DNA of 64,000 nt, from the NCBI GenBank assembly GCA_963800645.1, contig CAWDBX010000004.1:20422-84421 (forward strand), given 5' to 3'. This document shows positions 19,386 to 29,300 of this stretch, piece by piece. A program made the position numbers and the translations under genes. Source of the stretch: an uncultured Bacteroidales bacterium. Its GTDB lineage: Bacteria > Bacteroidota > Bacteroidia > Bacteroidales > UBA10428. Every line of letters starts with the position of its first letter. Positions within the stretch are counted from its first letter, which is position 1. The notes beneath the pieces were generated by a model. It saw only the letters and a list, made by a program, of their open reading frames with translations. It searched no databases and was not told where the DNA came from.

Positions 19386-22300
19386 ATGAAATTCAGGCTT
19401 GCCAACAACCTTCTCGGATGGATCATGTTTGTGATTTCAGCCGTAGTTTACCTCCTGACCCTCGAGCCTACAGTAAGCCTTTGGGATTGCGGTGAATTCA
19501 TTTCCAGCGCGTTTAAACTGCAGGTCGGCCATCCTCCGGGAGCTCCTCTATTTATGATTGTGGCAAGGTTTTTTTCCCTTTTTGCCGGTGATCAGCTTGA
19601 CAAGGTAGCCATGATGGTCAATGCATTCTCTGCTCTGGCCAGTGCTTTTACCATCATGTTCCTGTACTGGACCATTACCCACCTGGCCATCAGATTAATG
19701 AGCTACCGGCAGGAGTTGCCTGACGGCATGGGTAAAATAAATCCAGATGGTTTGAGCCTCCGCGACACGATTATCGTTTTGGGCAGCGGTGTGGTAGGTG
19801 CCCTGGCCTATACCTTCTCAGATACTTTCTGGTTTTCCGCGGTAGAAGGGGAAGTTTATGCCAGTTCTTCGCTGTTTACTGCAGTGGTGTTCTGGGCCGT
19901 ATTGAAATGGGAAAATGAAGCGGATTCAAAATATGCCAATCGGTGGCTGATTTTAATTGCTTACCTGATGGGCCTCTCCATCGGGGTACACTTGCTGAAC
20001 CTGCTGGCTATTCCTGCCATCGTTCTGGTGTATTATTTTAAAAAATACGAAGTCACCACCCGGGGGGTGATCAAAGCCCTGCTGGTATCGGTGGTGATGC
20101 TGTGGTCGATCATGTACCTCATCATTCCCGGGGTCATCTGGCTGGCTTCACGGTTTGAACTGTTGTTTGTCAACGGATTTGGTTTGCCTTTTAATACAGG
20201 CGTATTGGTTTACGCGGTATTGCTGGTGGGGGGTCTTATTTTCGGCATCTGGAAAAGCTACCGGCATGGCAAAGTAATTCTCAATACCATTCTCCTGATG
20301 GTTGCCGTCATCATCATCGGATATTCCTCCTTTTCCATGATAGTTCTCCGCTCCCTGGCCAACCCGCCGATGGATGAGAACAATCCTGAAACAGTATTTG
20401 CCCTGCAATATTACCTGAACCGGGAACAATACGGCGACCGCCCTTTGATCAGGGGACAGTATTTTAATGCCCGACCGGTTGGCATTAAGGAAGGAAAACC
20501 TACTTATTCTCCCGTTGATGGGAAGTACAAGGTTACCAACAGGAAGCTTTCCTATGAATACGATTCCAGGTACACCACTTTGTTGCCCCGCATGTGGAGT
20601 TCGGATAATGAACACGTTAATGTGTATATGGAATGGTCGGGACTGAAGGAGAGTCGTCTGTATGAACCGCGGAGAGATGCGGAAAATAATGTCATGCGGG
20701 ATAATGAAGGGAAAATACTGTATAACCGGGAAGCTCCAAAGAATCCGCCAGGACTGATCAACAACCTCAGGTTTTTCTTCACCTATCAGGTGGGGCATAT
20801 GTATTTCCGATATTTTATGTGGAACTTTGCAGGCCGTCAGAATGACAGCCAGGGCCACGGTGACCCGCTCAACGGGAACTGGATCAGTGGAATCAAAGCA
20901 GTTGATCAGATCCTCATCGGCAGCGAGGATAAGATGCCTGACAGTACCAGGAATGCCCCATCGAGAAACACCTACTTTTTTCTTCCCCTCCTGCTCGGTC
21001 TCTTTGGATTGATCTTTCACCTGCAACGGGATGTCAAAAATTTCTGGGTAGTCATGTCATTGTTCATTCTTACCGGTCTGGCCATTGTGATTTACCTGAA
21101 TCAGACGCCTGTTCAGCCCCGCGAGAGAGATTATGCCTATGCCGGTTCCTTTTATGCATTTGCGATATGGATTGGCCTTGGTGTGATGGCGATTTACGAT
21201 TCTATCGGTATAAAATTCAGGAAAGGGATTACGGCACTGTTTGTTTCGCTGGTTTGCCTGCTACTGGTGCCGGGATTAATGGCCCGCGAGAACTGGAATG
21301 ATCACGACCGGTCAGGTCGTTATTCTGCCCGGGACATCGCCTATGATTATCTGAATACCTGCGCCCCGAATGCCATTCTGTTTACCAATGGCGACAATGA
21401 TACCTTTCCTCTCTGGTATGCCCAGGAAGTTGAAGGCATCAGAACCGATGTCAGGGTGGTAAACCTGATGCTGCTCAACATGGACTGGCATATCGATCAG
21501 ATGAAAAGAAAAGCCTATGAATCCGAGGCATTGCCCATTTCACTTACTCCCGAACAGTACATCAATGGGACGAGGGATCTGGTTTTTGTTCAGGAGCGTA
21601 CTGCTCAAACCGCTGATCTGAAGGATATCATGGAATTTGTGAAAAGTGACCTGCCCCAGGCCAAAATTGAATCAAGTTCCGGTGAAAAATTCAATTATAT
21701 CCCTACCCGGAATTTCCGACTCTCTGTGGATTCTGCCCTGGTATTAAGAAACGGCACGGTTTCAGAAAAAGACCGGCAGAAGATCGTTCCTGCCATTGAA
21801 TGGAAGTTTAACCGAAACAGTATGGGAAAGAGTGCTTTGGTAGTACTGGATATTCTTGCCAACAACAATTGGGAAAGACCCGTTTACTTTGCATCTCTCG
21901 GACATGAAGGAACATTGGGACTTGAAAACTACATGCAGCTGGAAGGTTTTGCCTACCGACTGGTTCCCATAAAGTCTCAAAGCCTCGGACGCTATGAGGC
22001 GGGACGGGTTGAAAGCAGTTTGCTTTATGAAAACCTCATGAACAAATTTCGCTGGGGCGGCATCAATGATCCGGAGGTATATCTGGATGATTTTCATGTT
22101 CGCACGACTTCTATCGTCAGACTCCGGTACAGGTTCATTCAGCTTGCGGAGGAACTCATCCGGGAGGGCGACACGACAAAAGCCATCGCGGTGCTGGATC
22201 GTTGCATGGAATTAACTCCCCATGAACAAATACCTTTTGATCACAATATCCTCCAGATTGCCAATGCCTATTACCAATGCAGCCAGTTTGAAAAAGCCAA

Positions 22301-22526
22301 TGCCCTGGTGAAAAGCCTCAGTGAAATCTGTGAGGAGAAATTGTCCTACTATCTCGATCAAAAGAACCGGTTTATTGCGAGTATAAACGATGAGATCCTG
22401 TACAATTTTCAGGTCCTGCAAAATCTGGTCATGATCACCAAAAACTTCAACCAGACGGAACTCAGTGACAGTCTTGATTCGCTGACCAACCAGAAATACA
22501 GCGTATTTACCGCCAAGGTGCAGTAA
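19386..22526 (+). CDS. DUF2723/TMEM260-like polytopic membrane protein (putative GT-C fold glycosyltransferase) with C-terminal helical-repeat region
   Basis: Intact ORF. The N-terminus MKFRLANNLLGWIMFVISAVVYLLTLEPTVSLWDCGEFISSAFKLQVGHPPGAPLF is the signature start of DUF2723 proteins. It has more than 10 predicted TM helices. Confidence 0.75.
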   Translation: MKFRLANNLLGWIMFVISAVVYLLTLEPTVSLWDCGEFISSAFKLQVGHPPGAPLFMIVARFFSLFAGDQLDKVAMMVNAFSALASAFTIMFLYWTITHLAIRLMSYRQELPDGMGKINPDGLSLRDTIIVLGSGVVGALAYTFSDTFWFSAVEGEVYASSSLFTAVVFWAVLKWENEADSKYANRWLILIAYLMGLSIGVHLLNLLAIPAIVLVYYFKKYEVTTRGVIKALLVSVVMLWSIMYLIIPGVIWLASRFELLFVNGFGLPFNTGVLVYAVLLVGGLIFGIWKSYRHGKVILNTILLMVAVIIIGYSSFSMIVLRSLANPPMDENNPETVFALQYYLNREQYGDRPLIRGQYFNARPVGIKEGKPTYSPVDGKYKVTNRKLSYEYDSRYTTLLPRMWSSDNEHVNVYMEWSGLKESRLYEPRRDAENNVMRDNEGKILYNREAPKNPPGLINNLRFFFTYQVGHMYFRYFMWNFAGRQNDSQGHGDPLNGNWISGIKAVDQILIGSEDKMPDSTRNAPSRNTYFFLPLLLGLFGLIFHLQRDVKNFWVVMSLFILTGLAIVIYLNQTPVQPRERDYAYAGSFYAFAIWIGLGVMAIYDSIGIKFRKGITALFVSLVCLLLVPGLMARENWNDHDRSGRYSARDIAYDYLNTCAPNAILFTNGDNDTFPLWYAQEVEGIRTDVRVVNLMLLNMDWHIDQMKRKAYESEALPISLTPEQYINGTRDLVFVQERTAQTADLKDIMEFVKSDLPQAKIESSSGEKFNYIPTRNFRLSVDSALVLRNGTVSEKDRQKIVPAIEWKFNRNSMGKSALVVLDILANNNWERPVYFASLGHEGTLGLENYMQLEGFAYRLVPIKSQSLGRYEAGRVESSLLYENLMNKFRWGGINDPEVYLDDFHVRTTSIVRLRYRFIQLAEELIREGDTTKAIAVLDRCMELTPHEQIPFDHNILQIANAYYQCSQFEKANALVKSLSEICEEKLSYYLDQKNRFIASINDEILYNFQVLQNLVMITKNFNQTELSDSLDSLTNQKYSVFTAKVQ

Positions 22527-22538
22527 AATGCCGGAGGA

Positions 22539-23513
22539 TTATTTTTCCCGGTGGATCAGGTAAGCCGAAAAGGCAAGCAGCTCCGCCTTTCTGCTGGTTT
22601 CCACCGGAAGGCTGTCAAGTTGTGCCACAGCCATTTCATGGTAATGCCTGATCCGTTTATTCACAGACTGTTCCAGATTCAGGTCAGCATAAATAGCCTT
22701 TACCGCGTCAACCTTCTGCTTTCTGTTGAAGTCAGCAGAGGTAAGCCAGTGTAAGAGATTTTCGCGGGTTTTACCCGAAGCCAGATTGAGCGCCTCAATC
22801 AGGAGGATGGTCTTTTTATTGGATACGATATCGTTCCCCGTAACTTTTCCAAACACCGCCGGATCAGCAAAGACATCGAGGAGATCATCCTGCAGTTGAA
22901 AAGCGATCCCGATATTCCTGCCGAAGGCATAGAGCTGGTCCGCTTCCTGCTCACGGGCTCCTCCCAGAAGGGCGCCAATCTTAAGAGAAGCCGCCAGCAA
23001 TACTGCGGTTTTATATTCCACCATCCGGATATACTCCTCAATGGAAACCGCGGTGTTTTGCTCAAAGTCCATATCGTATTGCTGTCCCTCGCAAACCTGC
23101 AGTGCCGTTTTATTGAAGACAGGCAGGATTTGATGCAAATGCCTTTCCGATGCCATGGCAAGCAACTCGTACGCTTTAATGAGCATTGCGTCACCCGACA
23201 ATATGGCGATGTTCTGGTTCCATTTGACGTGAACCGCAGGATTATTTCTTCGCATGGACGATTTATCCATGATATCATCATGCATCAGCGTGAAGTTATG
23301 AAACACCTCTACCGCCAGGGCAGGGAAAATGGCAGGTTGAATGTCCTCGGAAAAAATGTTGCATCCCATGAGTACCAGGGAGGGTCTGACCCTTTTAGCT
23401 CCCGTTTCCAGCATGTATCGTATGGGTTCATACAAATTGGAAGGCAACTCCGGAAGTTTGAATTCGTTCAACTGCTGGTTGATAATGGATTGGCAATCAT
23501 GGAGACTGAGCAT
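22539..23513 (-). CDS. polyprenyl synthetase, short-chain type (FPP/GGPP synthase-like)
   Basis: Intact 324-aa ORF. The first DDxxD is LMHDDIMD with an aromatic F at position -5 (FHNFTLMHDD). The second is FQLQDDLLD. Confidence 0.8.
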   Translation of the reverse strand: MLSLHDCQSIINQQLNEFKLPELPSNLYEPIRYMLETGAKRVRPSLVLMGCNIFSEDIQPAIFPALAVEVFHNFTLMHDDIMDKSSMRRNNPAVHVKWNQNIAILSGDAMLIKAYELLAMASERHLHQILPVFNKTALQVCEGQQYDMDFEQNTAVSIEEYIRMVEYKTAVLLAASLKIGALLGGAREQEADQLYAFGRNIGIAFQLQDDLLDVFADPAVFGKVTGNDIVSNKKTILLIEALNLASGKTRENLLHWLTSADFNRKQKVDAVKAIYADLNLEQSVNKRIRHYHEMAVAQLDSLPVETSRKAELLAFSAYLIHREK

Positions 23514-23646
23514 TCCCGGATTTGTTTGATATTTTGGCCAAATATAGGAAATCTGTCCGACAGCCCTAAGGCTATTTTTATATTCACCAATTAATAATTA
23601 TTTTTGGCGGATCATAAAAAATGCTGAACACTAAATACTTTGCAAT

Positions 23647-25140
23647 ATGGTAATGCGTCGCCATTTTTATCTACTGGCCTGTCTTTTGTTCTTTTGTCTT
23701 TTTGCCACGGGCCAGGGTTATGATATCAAAATAAAGATCAACGGTCTTGCAGAAAAGCAGGTGATATTAGGACATTATCTGAGCAAATCGATGTATCCCG
23801 ATGATACTACCTGGCTGGATAATAAAGGAAATGGCGTTTTGGCAGGGAAAAAAGCCCTTCCCGGAGGCATGTACCTGATCTATCTTCCCAATTCACGGTA
23901 CTTCGAAATAATTATGGGTGATGATCAGACTTTCAGCATCGAGGTGGATACCACCGACTTTCTGAATACGCTGACGATAAAAGGCTCCGAGGAAAATCAG
24001 CTGTTCCTGGACTTTCAGAAATACATGGTTACGCTCAGAAAACAGGCGGACAGTCTTACCCAGCTGTTAAAAAACCAGCCTGACGAACAGATGAAGAAAC
24101 AACTTACGGAAAAACTCAAAAAGTACAATGATGACCGTATCGCCAGGATTGAAAAAATCAGGAAAGATCATCCGGACTATGTTTGTCTCTGCTTTTCTCC
24201 ATGCCACGCTGGATATAACGGTTCCTGATCCTCCAAGAGATGAGAAGGGAAATATCAAGGACTCAACCTGGCAATACTATTATTACCGAAATCATTACTT
24301 TGACAATTTCAATCTTGTCAGATCCCCGGATGTTAAGAACTCCGTTGTACGAAGATAAGATCATGACCTACCTGACTAAAATTGTACCCCAGGTGCCGGA
24401 TTCCCTGATACCCGCAGGTTGATTATCCTGATTGAGAAAGGCGAGGGCCGATTCCAGCATTTTCAGGTACATGCTGATTACCCTTTTCAATTATTATGTT
24501 AAAAGCAACATTATGGGGATGGATGCTGTGCAGGTGCATATCGCCGAAAAGTATTACCTTCACGAGTCGTGGTGGAGCGATGAAAATTTCTTGCAGATCT
24601 GAAGGACAGGACAGAAAAAACAAAACCCCTGCTGATTGGACAGGTGGCTCCTGAAATTGAACTGATGTCGGTACCTGCCGAACATTTTATAAGCGCATTG
24701 AGCGATACCGCACTAAGAAATATCCTCATGTGGGTACCCACATTAACCTGTCACAGATCAAGGCTAAGTATACTGGTGCTGGTGTTTTGGGAGGCAGATT
24801 GTGGCCACTGTAAGATAATCGTGCCGGAACTTTATAAAATCTATCAAAAAAGCCTGAAGAACCTCGATGTAAAATATTGGCGATAAGCACACTTTTCGGA
24901 GAGGATGGAAAAGTCAAATGGGTTGATTTTGTAAATGAAAATGGATTATATGACTGGATAAATGCCTGGAATCCCTATTCATATGACTTCAAACTGAAAT
25001 ATGATGTGATGACCACCCCTCAGATTTACATGCTCGACGAGAATAAAAAGATCTTTGCAAAAAAAATTGGTCCCGAACAAGTGGAGGAAATAATATCTTT
25101 CGCTATTCAAGAAATAATTTATACTTCTAATTCACAATGA
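23647..25140 (+). pseudogene. DUF5106-type / TlpA-like thioredoxin-fold protein; at least 4 frame breaks from about 24180 onward
   Basis: Fragments 23647-24228, 24128-24358, 24240-24422, 24644-24886 and 24877-25140 read colinearly. There is a signal peptide and a CxxC motif in VLVFWEADCGHCK. The C-terminus is DWINAWNPYSYDFKLKYDVMTTPQIYMLDENKKIFAKKIG. Confidence 0.7.
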
Positions 25141-26312
25141 ATAAACAATCGAATATTAAACTTGTACTTGAAGACGGAAAAGAATTTCACCGGATATTCC
25201 TTCGGCTTTGAAAAATCCGTATCAGGTGAAGTTGTGTTTAACACGGCCATGACCGGTTATCCCGAAAGTCTTACAGATCCTTCCTACAAAGGGCAGATTC
25301 TGACGCTGACCTATCCCATCATAGGGAATTATGGCGTTCCCGGCAATCTTACCGAAGATTCGATGTATAAGTTTTTTGAATCCTATGCCCTGCATATTTC
25401 AGGACTGATTGTTTCCGACTATACCGATGATTACAGTCATTGGAATGCCAACAAAAGTCTGGGCTCATGGCTGCAAGGAATTCAAGATCCCGGGCATTTT
25501 TGGCATCGACACGCGGGAACTGACAAAGATTTTACGGGAAGAAGGGACCATGCTGGGTAAAATTGTATACAACAACCAGCGACATTGATTTTTATGATCC
25601 CAACCGGATCAATCTGGTGGAGCAGGTAAGCATCCGCGAAAAAAAAGTATTTGGTGAAGGGAAATACCGTATTTTATTGATTGATTGTGGAGTAAAATAC
25701 AATATCATCCGTAATTTATTGCAGCGCGACACTACCGTCGTCCTGGTACCCTGGGATTATGACATTTCCGCAGAAGTGTATGACGGACTTTTCATTTCCA
25801 ATGGCCCTGGCGACCCGAAGCAATGTGAGATCACCATTATCATCTCAGTAAAGCCCTGCAAAAGGATATCCCCATTTATGGCATATGCTTTGGGAAATCA
25901 GTTACTGGCTCTGGCCGCAGGAGCTGATACCTACAAACTCAAATACGGGCACCGAAGTCATAACCAGCCGGTATTGCTCAAAGACACCAACAAGGCTTAT
26001 ATCACTTCGCAAAATCATGGTTTTGCCATTGATAATGACACCTTGCCCGATGACTGGGAACCGCTTTTCCTCAACCTGAATGATCAGACCAATGAAGGGA
26101 TGAGGCACAAAAGCAAACCCTTTTTTTCCACCCAGTTCCATCCCGAAGCTTCCAGCGGACCCAAGGACACGGAATTTCTTTTTGATCAGTTCATTGAACT
26201 GGTTGCCCGACAACACAAGAAATCAGTCTCATTTCCCGGCGTTGATAACTTCCACCCAGGCTGTCCCTTTTTCATGGCGGCTACGCTGTTGTCATACATG
26301 GCTTCGCAATAA
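25137..26312 (+). pseudogene. carA: carbamoyl-phosphate synthase small (glutaminase) subunit; at least 2 frame breaks, 3' end uncertain
   Basis: The ATG at 25137 overlaps the upstream stop (ATGA). The translation reads MNKQSNIKLVLEDGKEF / GYSFGFEKSVSGEVVFNTAMTGYPESLTDPSYKGQILTLTYPIIGNYGVP, then LLIDCGVKYNIIRNL and FSTQFHPEASSGPKDTEFLFDQFIEL. The tail beyond about 26230 is antisense to the A2M gene and probably not real. Confidence 0.85.
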
Positions 26313-29300
26313 TCCCGGCAGATAATATTTGCCCAGATAGGCAGCATTGAGTTGAACAACAAAAGTTTTCCGCTCTCCCTTGCTCAGATCGAAATAGGTA
26401 TATATCCGGTCGTCACGGATATCCTGGTAAGAAGGATCTGGTTAAGTTTTCCGGTAAGTCCAAATCTGCCAGCCGGTTATTCTTATTTCCCATCCCGAAG
26501 GAAAAATCTGTGTAAGTGCCAGATCACGGTAATCAAATCCTCCGGGATTATAAACCGATACAATGGCTACAAAATCGGTTCCCTGCATAGATCTGTGAAA
26601 TATCCAGGTATTTGCCTTCACGCGTGTGATAAGTTACATCAAGTTAGATTATTGCTGAACTCCTTCTCATCGCCGGCTTCGGGAATGCCTTCCATGATAA
26701 TGCGTGTGAAAAGCATACCTTTCCCTTGTTGGTAAGGGTTATATGTCCAGCATGTTGCATTACTGCGCAACGGCAAGGCGATTTGGGTGAGTGGTTTAGC
26801 GGAGGATACCATGAATGTTTTGCCCTCATCGAGCTGATAGGAAAAATTCATTTTTCCCGAAGTCACACCCCTGGTGAATTTTGCCACAGCCAGCAGGCAA
26901 TATGCGGTTGACTGCGTACTCATCCAGGAATCGGAGGAAAGGGCTTCCGAAATATTACGCGCCAATGTCGCTACCCTGTGTCTTATCCTTCATAAATGTC
27001 AGGGTTTCCAGCAGCATGGCCCAATCTCTTTCGCGTGAACCATAACTTGAATAAAATCCGGTATATGGCTTGTATTTCTGTGCTTTCACGATTAATAAGT
27101 TCTTTGGCAACCGGGATTTGTCCGGTTAATGCATAGGCAGCTGCCAGCCTCCATTTTGCCTGAAGGCTCAGCGTTTTCAATTCTCTCAGGCGGTTCATGG
27201 CGCCGGTTTCCGGCTGCTCCTGCCAGGGCCAGGGTAAATAGCCGATAGGCCTGTTCCAGATCATCCTGTTGCCAGGGATCTTTATTCTGTAACGGGGCCC
27301 ATTGGCGGGCCAGTTGTTTTTGCGATCTTAGCCAGCCAGCCTTTATGCCTGCCGGAAGGGCATATCCTTTTTTCTCTGCCTCGAGTAGAAAATGTCCCGC
27401 ATAGGAATTCCCCCAGGAGTCTAATTGCTGATTCCCCGGCCAGTAGGTAAAGCCGCCTCCCGATAACTGGAATGACAACAGTTTACTGATCCCGGCCTTG
27501 ATATGGGGATCAATGGCCGATCTGGTTTTTTCATCCAGCTCCATGATATCGGAAAGAAATAACTGCGGAAAAGCCGCTGAAGTAATTTGTTCCATGCATC
27601 CGTGCGGATAGCTGATCAGGTAACGCAATCTTCTTCCGGCATCAATGGGCGGTATTCCGGAGACTTCCAGAACAGCTGAATTGGTGTTTTCCATGCCCGG
27701 AAATCAAACGAAGCTACCCATGATTTTCCGGCCGCTGCAGTGCCTCCAACAAAAGTTGTGACCGGTGGATTTGCCGTCCGAACATCCAGTTCCAGTTCAT
27801 AGGTGGCCGTATTTTTTCCGCTTGTGGCAGTTACCTGTAACTTCCTACGCCGGTTTTTGAAGCGACCTTCATGTCGAAAGTCAACTATTTTATCTCCGGT
27901 CTGGTCAAAAGGTGACGGTTTTTGAAGCCGAACCTTCCGTGACAAGCATTCCGTTTGTTTTTACCGAGACATTCACCTCCTTTACCTGATTATCCATGGC
28001 AAAAACCGTAACCGGCAGGTTAACCGATTCACCTGGTCCTAGCACACGTGGAAGTGTGGCCAGCACCATCAAGGGGTTTTTTACCGGAACCGACTTTTCT
28101 GCAAAGCCATAGGCCCCGTTTTTGCCCGCCACCACCATGGCCCTGACCGATCCGATATAATTGGGCATGAGTAGCTGATGATTGTTTGTTTTCCCTGCCT
28201 TTAAGGTAAAAGGACCCAGATACCTGACCACGGGTTTGAACCGGTTGGCTTTTTCAGCGGATTCCCCGGCAACAAGCTCTTCATCGCCGCCAATACCCAG
28301 TATGCTGGCAAGTTTTCCTCCATAGGCCCCGATCACCGCATCATACAGATCCCAGGTTTTCACCCCGAGCGCCTCGCGGGCATAAAATTCATTCCACGGA
28401 TCGGGCGTTTTAAAACGGGTGAGGTCGAGCAGTCCTTCTTCCACCACAGCCAAAGTATAGCTCATTTCTTTCCTGCCCTTTTCGCTGATCTGAATGGTAA
28501 CTTTCCTGAGGGGTTCAAGAACTTCAGGCATTTTAATCACGGGAGCCAGTCTGGTCAGCGGATCCTCCACAAATATGGGTATCACGCCATATAACCGCAT
28601 GGGCATATCATTCTCTGAATTCTCATGAGGTTGGATGAGGGTAACATAGGCATATACATTTGGCGCCATGTCAGGTGTCACCAAAAACTTGTGTCTGATT
28701 TCCTTCCCCTCGAGGTTTAACCATTGCTTTACCAGAATGCGTGAACCCGATTCCACGGTGAAAAGCGCCCGGCCTTTACCGCCGGTAGGAATGGTAATTT
28801 CGGCCATCTCACCTGCTGCATATTTTTCCTTGTCCGCGTTAAAAGTCAGCATACTTGCAGCTTCGGGATTATCGCGCATCGGTCGGCCCGCCCAGCCCGG
28901 CCAATCAATGTATACAATTTTGCCCGACGAATGGCCACTTTCGGGATCGAACACCTGAATGTAAAATCTTCCCCACTCCGGACGATCAATCCGGAAGCCA
29001 AACCTGCCTTTGCCATTTACCGCGGAGACCGTTTCGGTCACAACCGGCCGGTTGTAGGTATTACCGACAAAATCCGCCAGCTCATCATCGGCCGACTCCC
29101 ACCAGTTTCGCCAGTCCAGTTTATACACGCGTGCCTCGATACCCGATCTGGACTTTGCTGTTCCATTTTCATCCACCACCACAATGTCAATCCAATGGGT
29201 GGTATCGGTAAGAAGCATGCCCCGCTTGTCGCCCTCGGGTGTTTTCAATCCGATATATTCCGAATAGGGTGAATAGGGCATAATAAACCGGTCGGTGCTG

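Noticed and set aside
20148-21026. 292-aa ORF on the minus strand inside the DUF2723 gene
   Set aside because: It is entirely antisense to a long, well-supported CDS. The translation is low-complexity with no recognisable motif or start context. Long stop-free antisense frames are expected opposite genes of this composition.
22896-23594. 232-aa plus-strand ORF overlapping the short-chain polyprenyl synthase gene
   Set aside because: It is antisense to a CDS with both DDxxD motifs. There is no motif and no promoter box, so it is most likely a shadow ORF.
26352-26735. 127-aa plus-strand ORF in what looks like a gap between carA and the A2M fragments
   Set aside because: Hand translation of the minus strand shows the conserved A2M C-terminal domain runs through this interval in shifting frames, so the plus-strand ORF is a shadow.
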